Shown: positions 28,551 through 38,149 of the stretch, one piece after another
How positions within the stretch are numbered: the stretch's first letter is position 1
Layout of the letters: each line of letters starts with the position of its first letter
NCBI GenBank assembly: GCA_965232115.1
Contig: OZ246958.1
Coordinates: 4,098,841-4,162,840 of the forward strand
From: Candidatus Poribacteria bacterium
Lineage (GTDB): Bacteria > Poribacteria > WGA-4E > WGA-3G
Length of the DNA stretch: 64,000 nt
Reading direction: 5' to 3'
Translations under genes and position numbers: made by a program
Notes under the pieces: model-generated
Databases searched by the model: none
Told to the model about the DNA's origin: nothing
What the model saw: the letters and a program-made list of their open reading frames with translations, nothing else

Positions 28551-31175
28551 GTGCGATACCAATTGACTTTTTGGATCTGTTTAACCATCATCATCGGTTA
28601 TTGCTTTCCAGCAGCTGCACAAGAAGCGGCACAATCCGCAAAGCCTGCGACGCAGGCAGCACCCACAGAAAAGAAAAAAGAGTTTGAAGATTTTGCCAAA
28701 GTGATTGCGGACAGTAAAAACTACGACGGCTTTTTCAAACTATACCAGAAAAAAGAAAAACTCTACTGCGAAATTCAGCCATCACAATTAGAGCAGCCTT
28801 TTCTATGCATGATTAGCCTTTCGCGCGGCTTAGGAAGAGGATTCCTTATCTCAGGAATGATAATGGACGATTGGCTCCTCGTCTGGCGACGCGTCGGCGA
28901 CAACGTGCATCTCGTGCGAAAAAATGTACGCTACCGTGCTGAGAAGGGGACACCGACTGCCCAAGCGGTTGACTACAGTTACAGCGATTCCATCTTATTT
29001 TCTCTTAAGATTGAAAGTATCCATCCACAACGAAAGAGTCTGTTAGTGGACATTTCTCCGGTCTTTATATCTGATCTGCTACCTCTGGCGCGCAGTATTG
29101 CCTCCGACGCACGCTTCGACAAAACGCGTAGCACTTGGGGAACAGTCAAGGCATTTCCAAAGAACGTAGAGTTGAGGGTCGAAGCGGTCTACACATCGCA
29201 AAGCTATATAGAAACTGTCCCTGACAGTCGTGGCATCCAGTTGACGCTACACTATAGCCTCGCTGCACTCCCATCGAACAGCTATCAGCCGCGATTGGCT
29301 GATGACAGACTCGGACACTTCATGACGACGATCAAAGATTATTCCGCTCGCGTCAGCGAAGAACCGTTTGCGCGGTACGTCCAACGGTGGCATTTGGAGA
29401 AAGCGGATAAAGATGCGAAACTCTCGCCGCCGATGGATCCGATCATCTTCTACATTGAGAAAACAGTGCCACATCGCTTCCGTCCTTATATCCGGCAGGG
29501 CATTTTGGAATGGAACAAGGCGTTTGAAAAAATTGGATTCGCCGACGCGATTGAAGCACGGATTCAGCAAGATTACGAAGACTGGGACCCCGAAGACGCG
29601 CGGTATAACACAATCCGCTGGGTGGTTGATGCAGGGTTCGCCATTGGTCCGTCCCGCGTGAACCCTTTGACAGGGCAAATACTGGATGCCGATATCCTTA
29701 TCAGTGACGTCTTCATCAGGGGGTGGCAGCGACAATATACGACCTTCTTTGATGAGTTGGAGCATGAGCGCGATCATCCGATGGATCCCGCTTCACGCTA
29801 TCGGTGCCAGATGGCATCAGGATTAGCACATCAGGTGGGACTCATGACGAGCGTTTTGCAAGCGCGAGACCTGATCGATGAGGGGGGTGAACTCCCAGAA
29901 GAGTTTATTGGGCAAGCTCTCAAAACGTTGACGATGCACGAAGTGGGACATACACTCGGATTGCGTCACAACTTTAAAGCGAGTACGATATTTTCTCTTG
30001 ACGACATAAATAAAAAAGAGGGTGAAGCACTTATCGGCTCCGTTATGGAGTACGACGCTGTGAATATCGCGCCTGAAGGCGAGAAACAGGGACATTACTA
30101 CACACCAACAATTGGGCCTTGGGACCATTGGGTGGTCGAGTATGCATATAAACCCATTAGTGCAAGCAAACCGGAAGGCGAATTAGAAGAATTGGGCAAA
30201 ATCGCTTCCCGTTCTGCGATGCCAGAACTCACGTATGCTACGGATGAAGATGCGTCTTGGTATCGCTACCGAGATCTTGATCCATTAGTCAATCGAGGGG
30301 ACCTCGGTGCCGACCCGCTTGAGTTTGCGAAACGGCGGCGAGAGATTGTCGTCGAACTCTGGGATAAGATCGCAGATAAGGTCACAAAAGAGGGAAAAGG
30401 CTATCAACGCGTCAGACAGGCATTTGGAAGGTTGCTTTATGAACACGGCTATACCATGTACCTCGCAAGCCGTTATATCGGTGGACAGTATCACCACCGC
30501 GATCACCGCGGCGATGAAAACGGACGTTTACCGTTCGTGCCGGTCCCCGCAGCGAAACAACGCGAAGCACTCGAATTCCTCAAAGAACACGCCCTCTCAG
30601 ATAGTACTTTCGATTTCCCACCGGATCTGTTGAACAGCCTGGCAATCACCCGTTGGAGCGACTGGGGAGCCGCCAGTTGGAATTCCACACGTTTCGATTA
30701 TCCCGTCCATGATGTCATTTTGACGAATCAAACCCGTATCTTGGAACGGTTGCTCTATCCGAATGTCCTTGCGCGCGTTCAGGACACAGAACTCAAGTTC
30801 CCGAAAGGTGAAGATGCGTTCACACTCCCAGAACTCTTTTCTGGCATTACAGATGCGGTTTGGGTGGACCTTGAACGGAATCTCGGAGAAATGCAGTGGT
30901 CGAATACAGAGGCGTTTATCTCCAGTTTCCGGCGCGGTTTGCAACGTGAACACCTCAAGCAACTCATCAAACTGGTGTTGGATGCCGACAGCGGGACACC
31001 TGAGGATGCGAGATCGCTTGCACGCCTTCATCTTGAGCAAATCAATACTCGGATACAACAGGTGCTTCAAAATGCACAAGGAAGACTTGACGATTATAGC
31101 GTGGCGCACCTTGAAGAGTCACAAGTTCGAGTTACGAAGGCGTTGGATGCCAACTTCCAAGTCGAGGAACGCTAA
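28551..31175 (+). CDS. secreted zinc metalloprotease, DUF4953/DUF5117-like (HEXXH), paralog 1
   Basis: Signal peptide. LTMHEVGHTLGLRHNF zincin motif. 874 aa. ~85% identical to the next gene. Confidence 0.7.
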   Translation: MRYQLTFWICLTIIIGYCFPAAAQEAAQSAKPATQAAPTEKKKEFEDFAKVIADSKNYDGFFKLYQKKEKLYCEIQPSQLEQPFLCMISLSRGLGRGFLISGMIMDDWLLVWRRVGDNVHLVRKNVRYRAEKGTPTAQAVDYSYSDSILFSLKIESIHPQRKSLLVDISPVFISDLLPLARSIASDARFDKTRSTWGTVKAFPKNVELRVEAVYTSQSYIETVPDSRGIQLTLHYSLAALPSNSYQPRLADDRLGHFMTTIKDYSARVSEEPFARYVQRWHLEKADKDAKLSPPMDPIIFYIEKTVPHRFRPYIRQGILEWNKAFEKIGFADAIEARIQQDYEDWDPEDARYNTIRWVVDAGFAIGPSRVNPLTGQILDADILISDVFIRGWQRQYTTFFDELEHERDHPMDPASRYRCQMASGLAHQVGLMTSVLQARDLIDEGGELPEEFIGQALKTLTMHEVGHTLGLRHNFKASTIFSLDDINKKEGEALIGSVMEYDAVNIAPEGEKQGHYYTPTIGPWDHWVVEYAYKPISASKPEGELEELGKIASRSAMPELTYATDEDASWYRYRDLDPLVNRGDLGADPLEFAKRRREIVVELWDKIADKVTKEGKGYQRVRQAFGRLLYEHGYTMYLASRYIGGQYHHRDHRGDENGRLPFVPVPAAKQREALEFLKEHALSDSTFDFPPDLLNSLAITRWSDWGAASWNSTRFDYPVHDVILTNQTRILERLLYPNVLARVQDTELKFPKGEDAFTLPELFSGITDAVWVDLERNLGEMQWSNTEAFISSFRRGLQREHLKQLIKLVLDADSGTPEDARSLARLHLEQINTRIQQVLQNAQGRLDDYSVAHLEESQVRVTKALDANFQVEER

Positions 31176-31224
31176 AGGATCCTATATTTCCGATTAGGAT
31201 TTTTATAAAGTCCATATATCTACT

Positions 31225-31244
31225 GGCGGGGTTGAAACCCCGCC
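31225..31244 (+). terminator. GC-rich hairpin (GGCGGGGTTGAAACCCCGCC) between the two metalloprotease paralogs
   Basis: Perfect 7-9 bp stem read directly. The trailing sequence is not U-rich, so it is either a weak terminator or a REP-like element. A similar hairpin is at 4630-4651. Confidence 0.4.
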
Positions 31245-31293
31245 AATCTTCTGATGTATAACCAAGTGTATCGTTCACTAAGGAGAAGAAACG

Positions 31294-33882
31294 ATGCGGC
31301 ATCTATTGACATTTTGGATCTGTCTCATCACAATAAGCGGTTACTGTATTTCAGTATCTGCACAAGAAACAACAGAAAAAAAACAAGAGTTTACAGATTT
31401 CGCAAAAGTGATTGAAGATAGTAAAAACTACGACGGCTTCTTCAAACTATACCAGAAAAAAGAAAAACTCTATTGTGAAATCCAACCCTCACAATTGGAT
31501 CAGCCTTTTCTATGCATGACCAGTCTTGCACGCGGCTTAGCGAGAGGACGGCTTATCTCAGGAATAATAATGGATGAATGGTTGCTCGTTTGGCGGCGCG
31601 TTGGCGATAACGTGCATCTCGTGCGAAAAAATGTGCGATACCGTGCTGAAAAGGGAACACCGACTGCCCAAGCAGTTGACTACAGTTACAGCGACTCTGT
31701 ATTATTTTCTCTTAAGATTGAAAGTGTACATCCACAACGAAAGAGTCTATTGGTCGATATTTCTCCGGTTTTTATGTCCGATTTGCCGCCACTGGCACGT
31801 CGTATTGCCGCTGATGCCCGCTTTGATAAAACACGCAGCACTTGGGGAACAATCAAGGTGTTTCCAAAGAACGTCGAATTGAGAGTCAAAGCGGTCTATA
31901 CATCGCAAAGTTACATAGAAACCGTCCCCGACAGTCGTGGCATCCAGTTGACGGTGCATTACAGCCTCGCTGCACTTCCATCCAACAACTATCAACCCCG
32001 ACCGGCTGACGACAGGCTTGGACACTTCATGACAACGATCAAAGACTATTCGGCTCAAGTTAGCGAGGAACCCTTCGCTCGTTACGTCAATCGCTGGCAT
32101 CTGGAGAAAGCCGACAAGGATGCAAAACTTTCACCCCCAAAAGATCCGATCATCTTCTACATTGAAAAAACCGTACCGCACCGCTTCCGTCCTTACATCC
32201 GGCAGGGGATCCTCGAATGGAACAAGGCGTTTGAAAAGGCGGGTTTTGTCGATGCGATTGAAGCACGCATTCAGCAGGACTATGAGGACTGGGACCCCGA
32301 AGACGCACGGTATAACACGATCCGTTGGGTGGTTGACGCAGGATTCGCCACCGGTCCCTCTCGCGTGAATCCACTGACAGGACAGATACTGGATGCCGAC
32401 ATCCTTATTACCGATGGTTTCATCAGGTCTTGGCGGCGAGAATATACAACGTTCTTTGATGAGTTAGCGCATGAGCGTGATCATCCGATGGACCCATCTT
32501 CACAATTTCAGTGTCAGATGGGATCTGGGTTGGTGCATCAGATGGGGTTCATGGCAAGTGTCTTGGATGCGCGGGATCTGACTGGCGAAGGCGGTGAACT
32601 CCCAGAAGAGTTTCTCGGAGAGGCACTCAAAGCACTGACGATGCATGAAGTGGGACATACATTGGGATTGCGCCATAACTTTAAAGCGAGTACAATTTTC
32701 TCTCTCGACGACTTGAACAAAAAGAATGGAGAAGCCATCCTCGGTTCTGTCATGGAATACGATGCTGTGAACATCGCACCCGAAGGTGAAAAACAAGGGC
32801 ATTACTATACGCCGACAATCGGCCCCTGGGACTACTGGGTGATTGAATATGCCTATAAACCCACTAATGCGAGCAAGCCAGAAGATGAATTAGAGGCGTT
32901 GCGCAAAATCGCTACCCGTGCGCCAACGCCGGAACTGACGTATGCTACAGATAGCGATGCTTATGGGTATCAACATCGAGATATTGACCCATTGGTCAAC
33001 CGCTGGGACCTCGGCGACGATCCACTTGAATTTGCCAAACAACGTCGTGAGATTGTTGTTGGACTCTGGGATAAGATTGCAAACAAAGTTACAAAAGAAG
33101 GCGAAGGCTATCAACGAACCAGGCGGGCTTTCCGTACACTCATTGTTGAACACGGTTATACCATGTACCTCGCAAGTCGTTACATCGGTGGGCAGTACCA
33201 CCACCGCGATCATCGCGGCGATGAAAATGGACGGTTGCCCTTCGTGCCGGTCCCCGCAGCGAAACAACGCGAAGCACTCGAATTCCTCAAAGAACACGCC
33301 CTCTCGGACAAAGCCTTCAATTTCCCGCCGGACTTGCTTAACAGTCTGGCAATCACCCGTTGGAGCGATTGGGGAGCCGCCAGTTGGGATTCTACCCGTT
33401 TCGATTACCCGGTACATGAGATCATTCTGCGCTATCAAAATCGCATTCTGGAACGCTTGCTCTACCCGAACGTTCTCGCACGGATTCAAGACACAGAGTT
33501 AAAGTTCCCTAAAGGTGCGGATGCGTTCACACTCCCTGAACTTTTTTCAGGCATTACGGATGCGGTCTGGACAGAATTGGATCGGAATATAGGAGAAAAG
33601 CAGTGGTCGAATACGGACGCGTTCATCTCCAGTTTCCGGCGCGGTTTACAACGCGAACATCTCAAGCGGCTTATCAAACTGGTATTAGATGCCGACAGTG
33701 GCACGCCTGAGGACGCAAGATCCCTCGCACGTCGCCATCTCGGGCAAATTAACACTCGCATACAGCGCGTGCTCCAAACCGCGCAAGGCAGACTTAACGA
33801 TTATAGCTTGGCACACCTCCAAGAGTCTCAAGTCCGAATTGCGAAGGCGTTAGATGCCAACTTCCAAGTCGAGGAACGCTAA
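31294..33882 (+). CDS. secreted zinc metalloprotease, DUF4953/DUF5117-like (HEXXH), paralog 2
   Basis: AAGGAG RBS, signal peptide, LTMHEVGHTLGLRHNF. 862 aa. Confidence 0.7.
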   Translation: MRHLLTFWICLITISGYCISVSAQETTEKKQEFTDFAKVIEDSKNYDGFFKLYQKKEKLYCEIQPSQLDQPFLCMTSLARGLARGRLISGIIMDEWLLVWRRVGDNVHLVRKNVRYRAEKGTPTAQAVDYSYSDSVLFSLKIESVHPQRKSLLVDISPVFMSDLPPLARRIAADARFDKTRSTWGTIKVFPKNVELRVKAVYTSQSYIETVPDSRGIQLTVHYSLAALPSNNYQPRPADDRLGHFMTTIKDYSAQVSEEPFARYVNRWHLEKADKDAKLSPPKDPIIFYIEKTVPHRFRPYIRQGILEWNKAFEKAGFVDAIEARIQQDYEDWDPEDARYNTIRWVVDAGFATGPSRVNPLTGQILDADILITDGFIRSWRREYTTFFDELAHERDHPMDPSSQFQCQMGSGLVHQMGFMASVLDARDLTGEGGELPEEFLGEALKALTMHEVGHTLGLRHNFKASTIFSLDDLNKKNGEAILGSVMEYDAVNIAPEGEKQGHYYTPTIGPWDYWVIEYAYKPTNASKPEDELEALRKIATRAPTPELTYATDSDAYGYQHRDIDPLVNRWDLGDDPLEFAKQRREIVVGLWDKIANKVTKEGEGYQRTRRAFRTLIVEHGYTMYLASRYIGGQYHHRDHRGDENGRLPFVPVPAAKQREALEFLKEHALSDKAFNFPPDLLNSLAITRWSDWGAASWDSTRFDYPVHEIILRYQNRILERLLYPNVLARIQDTELKFPKGADAFTLPELFSGITDAVWTELDRNIGEKQWSNTDAFISSFRRGLQREHLKRLIKLVLDADSGTPEDARSLARRHLGQINTRIQRVLQTAQGRLNDYSLAHLQESQVRIAKALDANFQVEER

Positions 33883-33904
33883 AGGTGAGCAATAGGAGTG
33901 ATAC

Positions 33905-34831
33905 ATGGAAATACGCCAATATACATCCGATCTGCAAACATTGGTGACACAATTTTACAACCACATAACCTCCAACATTCCGCATTGCTATCCAGTAACG
34001 GAAGAAGAATTCGCTATCGCGATAAGCCGAGTAACTACCGATAAAGCCGATTTAAAGGGGGATGGACTCGATTCCGAAACCGCCTTTGTAGCAATAGTCA
34101 ACGGTGTTATCCAAGCGTTTATCCACGTCGGTATTAGTCCAGCTCGGGAACATAGGAAAGAAAACTTAGGTGTTATTCGGTTCTTGGGTTATGAACGCGG
34201 GGCGCGAGCGGTTGGACAAGCCGTACTTGAAAAGGCAGAAGACTATCTGAAAGCGTTCAACGTTTCCCAAATTTCCGCTTTCCCACAAGATTGTCGTTAT
34301 CGTTTCTATCACTTTGAACACGCCTACCTGTCAGACACACTTGACCAAGTTCAAGGGCTCCTTGGATTCAACGGATACCGTCGTTCTGAAGGTGAGGTCT
34401 TTTTGGATTGGGAAGACTATTCCGTTACGCCCGTCCCTTCGAGTCTACCGGTAACGCTTTCTATCGAGTGGAAGGAGGGGCGTGGACGGTATCCGAATTG
34501 TACTGTGCTTGCCCACCAAGATAGTGAACAAGTTGGAATCTGTGAGTCTATTTGTGGCGGTGAGTTTTCAAGCCATCCGGATGCCCAAGATTGGTTTCAT
34601 ACGGTTTGGCTCGGTGTTGAAGACGATTTTCAAGGGCAAGGTTTGGGACGTTATCTGCTTCAATACGCGCTGCAAGAGATGAAGAAGATTGGATACCGGC
34701 ATGCAGCGATTAGTACTGCCTGGGATAACCATCGCGCATTTCTCTTTTACAGCAACTGCGGTTATCGGACTGTGGATTGGACGTATGAGTTCATGAAAAA
34801 CCTCTCGGAAACGCCGACACACAAGTGGTAG
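33905..34831 (+). CDS. two-domain GNAT-family acetyltransferase
   Basis: The C-terminal half has FQGQGLGRYLLQYAL (motif A). The N-terminal half is a degenerate acyl-CoA N-acyltransferase-like repeat. Confidence 0.6.
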   Translation: MEIRQYTSDLQTLVTQFYNHITSNIPHCYPVTEEEFAIAISRVTTDKADLKGDGLDSETAFVAIVNGVIQAFIHVGISPAREHRKENLGVIRFLGYERGARAVGQAVLEKAEDYLKAFNVSQISAFPQDCRYRFYHFEHAYLSDTLDQVQGLLGFNGYRRSEGEVFLDWEDYSVTPVPSSLPVTLSIEWKEGRGRYPNCTVLAHQDSEQVGICESICGGEFSSHPDAQDWFHTVWLGVEDDFQGQGLGRYLLQYALQEMKKIGYRHAAISTAWDNHRAFLFYSNCGYRTVDWTYEFMKNLSETPTHKW

Positions 34832-34835
34832 TCTA

Positions 34836-35519
34836 TCAGTACGATTTTACTCGCAGCATCTCATTCCCTGTTTTTTGGAAGTGATACGGGACGCGCGCAA
34901 CCGAGCACGTAATCCCATCTTTTTCAAGTTCGTGGATAACGGGTGATAAGAAAGGGGAAGGGTTGCTGTTGACATCAACAATGGGGAAAATTCTCACCTC
35001 GGTTCCGATACGAAGTAGTTCTCGCACGGCATCAAGATGAAACGTCAGATCTCTGTTTGCGGAGTAGAAAAAGAGGAAATGTGCGGAGAGTACGAGGTCG
35101 AAATGGCGATCAGGAAAGGGTAAATTCGGGAGTGATGCGTTGATATAGCGTTCCTGTTGCTTGCCTCTCTCAAAATCTCGGCAGAACTCATCCATTGCCT
35201 GCATCCTGACCTCTGACAACTCATTAACAGACGAGAATCTTGTCCAGACGAATTTATCCTGATTCCGGCGGGCTTGGGCGATGACATCCTCTTGGGTTTC
35301 CTGAATGCGTTGGCGCAATTCCGCCTCTGAATACCGGTAGATTGGGTCTATGGAGATTATCGGCGTGCGACGTTGGTACATCCGAAAATTGAACGACGCG
35401 GGACCATCACCTACGCCTACGATGTCCCGCGTCAAGTCTTCTTCAGAGAGGTTAAACATATCAAGATATTCGTCGAACGACCTACCCCACGGCACGATGT
35501 CTTTGTAATGGAAATCCAT
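34836..35519 (-). CDS. class I SAM-dependent methyltransferase
   Basis: VGVGDGPASF motif I, with an acidic post-I residue. Confidence 0.55.
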   Translation of the reverse strand: MDFHYKDIVPWGRSFDEYLDMFNLSEEDLTRDIVGVGDGPASFNFRMYQRRTPIISIDPIYRYSEAELRQRIQETQEDVIAQARRNQDKFVWTRFSSVNELSEVRMQAMDEFCRDFERGKQQERYINASLPNLPFPDRHFDLVLSAHFLFFYSANRDLTFHLDAVRELLRIGTEVRIFPIVDVNSNPSPFLSPVIHELEKDGITCSVARVPYHFQKTGNEMLRVKSY

Positions 35520-35608
35520 CCGGTGTCCTTAGAATTGTGTTGTTATCCGGAAAAAATTAACGTATAATGTTTATCAAAATAGCGAACGTTGTGGAGGACT
35601 TTTTTAAA

Positions 35609-35833
35609 ATGCGTAGAATTGAAGAGATAACCGCATCATTACCGGCGCTGACAACCGCTGAGTTACATCATATTGAGCGGGTTATTCGTGATTTATATCG
35701 GGTGCGCCACGAGCCTGTCATCTACGATGATGACTACGGCATCTGGACAGAATACGATCAGGTATCAACGGCATCAGCAGTTTTTGAACTCTTTGATAAA
35801 ATAGAAAAACAAGAGGACAATACGAATGCCTAA
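35609..35833 (+). CDS. putative antitoxin of the MazF-like toxin (non-canonical, acidic C-terminus)
   Basis: 75-aa ORF with a GGAGGA RBS. Overlaps the toxin start by 8 nt (ATGCCTAA). Very acidic C-terminus (YDDDYGIWTEYDQ...EKQEDNTNA). Confidence 0.5.
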   Translation: MRRIEEITASLPALTTAELHHIERVIRDLYRVRHEPVIYDDDYGIWTEYDQVSTASAVFELFDKIEKQEDNTNA

Positions 35834-36143
35834 GCGCGGTGAAATCTGGTTAGCCGACCTTGGCGTGGCGGCAAAGACACGCCCTGTTCTGGTACTCAGC
35901 GTCCCTTTTTCAGATTCTGATTACGCGCTAATTACTGTCGTACCGCACACGACAAGTTCAAGAAGGTCCAATTTTGAAGTAAACCTTTCTGTGGCTGCTT
36001 TAAGACCCGGTGCTTTCAATGTTCAAGGACTGATGGCTGTCCCACCCGCCAAGTTCATTCGCAAACTCGGAGCATTACGGTCTGCGCAAATGGAACAGGT
36101 CGCGGCTAGAGTAAAAAAGTGGCTCGGATTTTCATCCAATTAA
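35826..36143 (+). CDS. PemK/MazF-family type II toxin (endoribonuclease)
   Basis: Hallmark N-terminus PKRGEIWLADLG...KTRPVLVLS. 105 aa. Confidence 0.8.
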   Translation: MPKRGEIWLADLGVAAKTRPVLVLSVPFSDSDYALITVVPHTTSSRRSNFEVNLSVAALRPGAFNVQGLMAVPPAKFIRKLGALRSAQMEQVAARVKKWLGFSSN

Positions 36144-37183
36144 CCAGCAGCCCCGATCTCAACTTCCTGCAAAACTGCTGCTGCCCGTTGTGCCAACTCA
36201 GTTGTAGTATCTCGCTTGAGAGCCCGATTTAAGTGTAAGATGGCGCGTTCATCTCCATCTCTTGCGAGTTCCAAAGCCTCCTCAAATCCTTTGTTTCCGT
36301 AACTGAAATCCCTTGCGATAACCGTCAAGTCAAGATCCTTCCAATAATACTGCAGTTCATCAGATTTCCAATTCTCATAGACATGTTCCCACGTAAGGGA
36401 GTTGAAAATATTCAGGTGCGGTTCAAGCATGTGCTCAGCGATCGGGTCATCGACAGCCTGATAGCGGTTGTCGAGCGACACGCGAAGTCGATCTTCAGTC
36501 AAATTCGGCAGTGCCTTATGGATCGTCAAAGCTGGGAAGATGAGCGTATCGCCAACTTCATAGTTCGTGGAGTGCCATTCACCCGACAATTCGTCCTCAT
36601 TAACGCAGAGACTGCCAGCACCGAGCGAAAAGTGGTGTTCCATGACCTTGTTGATCTTATGTGATCCGGGTAGGACTGCTAAGCCACCTAACTCAATCGG
36701 ACAATCTCCGACGGGTGCCCAACAGGTATAGGTCTGGAAATTGCCTTGGAAGTGGACGAAATCTTGATGGATCGGGGTTGTATGTGCCGTGTACTTCGGG
36801 AACCAGAGGCGCGCAATCTTTTGCGGATGCGGTAGCACCTCTCTACCGACAATCTTTTCCACCATATCGACGACTTCGTGCCAGTGACCGGAACGGTGGA
36901 ACGCTTCTAATTTATAGACTTCATGGTACACGTCTGTATATTCGGGATCGCCTTCGGTACATTGGGTCGAAATATCAGCGATGCCGTCCATCGGGTCGGT
37001 CCCCGCGACGAGCCAACCGCCCTTCTGCATTGTCGTTAGCATCTCTCGCCGTAACGCCCAGAGTTTGTCGGGATCTTGTAGGCACTTGAAGAAGAGATAC
37101 CCTTCTTCTGAGATCCGGTGCCGCAACTCTTCTGGATCGTTCATCGCATCGTTGGATATGCGAAGTTCTTTTATTTTTTCCAT
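36140..37183 (-). CDS. phytanoyl-CoA dioxygenase (PhyH) family protein
   Basis: PIHQDFVHF motif. The stop overlaps the toxin gene end on the opposite strand. Confidence 0.7.
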   Translation of the reverse strand: MEKIKELRISNDAMNDPEELRHRISEEGYLFFKCLQDPDKLWALRREMLTTMQKGGWLVAGTDPMDGIADISTQCTEGDPEYTDVYHEVYKLEAFHRSGHWHEVVDMVEKIVGREVLPHPQKIARLWFPKYTAHTTPIHQDFVHFQGNFQTYTCWAPVGDCPIELGGLAVLPGSHKINKVMEHHFSLGAGSLCVNEDELSGEWHSTNYEVGDTLIFPALTIHKALPNLTEDRLRVSLDNRYQAVDDPIAEHMLEPHLNIFNSLTWEHVYENWKSDELQYYWKDLDLTVIARDFSYGNKGFEEALELARDGDERAILHLNRALKRDTTTELAQRAAAVLQEVEIGAAG

Positions 37184-37295
37184 CTGAATTTCTCCTCGCA
37201 TCTATTCGTGTCGGTCTCCGTAGATGGGGTACTTCTCTTTTTTCCGTATTCATAGTATAACACATACAAAACGAAAGATTCAATTTTTTTCTTTC

Positions 37296-38129
37296 CTACC
37301 GGTTCTTGCGATTTTTCGCAAGCCAATCAACAGCAAAGTCCACAATAGCACGTTGTGGCATGAGTTGGCAGTTTGCGATGCCGACCTTGCCACGCCGAAC
37401 TACTTTGCCCGCGTCAGAACGCAAAAAATCTTCACCGAGGCGATGGAAATCTGAATCGTCTACATCAATATCTTCAAAGGTAGTCCAGGTTCTTGAACCC
37501 TCTTGCGAGATCGGGGCACCCTCCTGCACAACGCGCTTGGTTGGAAAGTCCGCTCGGTATTCTGCAAGATGTATAGAGGTATTGCTCGAATGCCCGACAC
37601 CGAGAAGCAGGACAGAACCCTCCAAATCGTAGATTCTGGCAAGCGGTGAATTCTCGCCCATGCCAAACGCCAAGGAGTGGTTGCTTATGATGTAAGATGC
37701 TTGGGGCCCACTTGCGCAAAAGGAGCTCTGCGGATGCACACTGCGAAGAACGTTCTTTTGTTTTCGGAAGGTTTCGGCGATTTTGCCCATTGAACGGGTC
37801 GGAGTCAAATCGGGATCATAGGCAGGCATCGTCTCACGTATGATTTGCCACCACGATTCAGGGACAGGTGGGTTTTCCCATTGACTTGGATCGCTGAGGT
37901 CGGTCGAGTGGGCCGGCATTATAAGTGTACCCGTTTCACCTAAAACCTTCTGAAGGGCGAGGATAACAGCGACAGCACCGCCGCAGACCCACCCCAACGC
38001 ACTCAAGGAGGAATGGACTAATAAGACCGTGCCCTTTTCGACACCGAGTGCTTTAAAATCCGTCTGAAGCAACTCAACTGTAGCGAGTGTTTTTGTCTTG
38101 TCAACAATCTGACCTTCGGGCATTATCAA
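37296..38129 (-). CDS. aminoglycoside N(3)-acetyltransferase (AAC(3)/YokD family)
   Basis: Characteristic AAC(3) blocks: LLVHSSLSALGWVCGG, GTLIMPAHS, SVLLLGVGHSSNTSIHLAEYRA. Confidence 0.8.
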   Translation of the reverse strand: MIMPEGQIVDKTKTLATVELLQTDFKALGVEKGTVLLVHSSLSALGWVCGGAVAVILALQKVLGETGTLIMPAHSTDLSDPSQWENPPVPESWWQIIRETMPAYDPDLTPTRSMGKIAETFRKQKNVLRSVHPQSSFCASGPQASYIISNHSLAFGMGENSPLARIYDLEGSVLLLGVGHSSNTSIHLAEYRADFPTKRVVQEGAPISQEGSRTWTTFEDIDVDDSDFHRLGEDFLRSDAGKVVRRGKVGIANCQLMPQRAIVDFAVDWLAKNRKNR

Positions 38130-38149
38130 TCACCTCAATCTTGGACGTT

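Noticed and set aside
29247-33489. Multiple antisense ORFs (for example 29247-29777, 30597-31109, 31747-32100, 32890-33489) inside the metalloprotease genes
   Set aside because: They lie opposite long, motif-bearing sense ORFs and have arbitrary composition. They are typical shadow ORFs of GC-balanced coding sequence.
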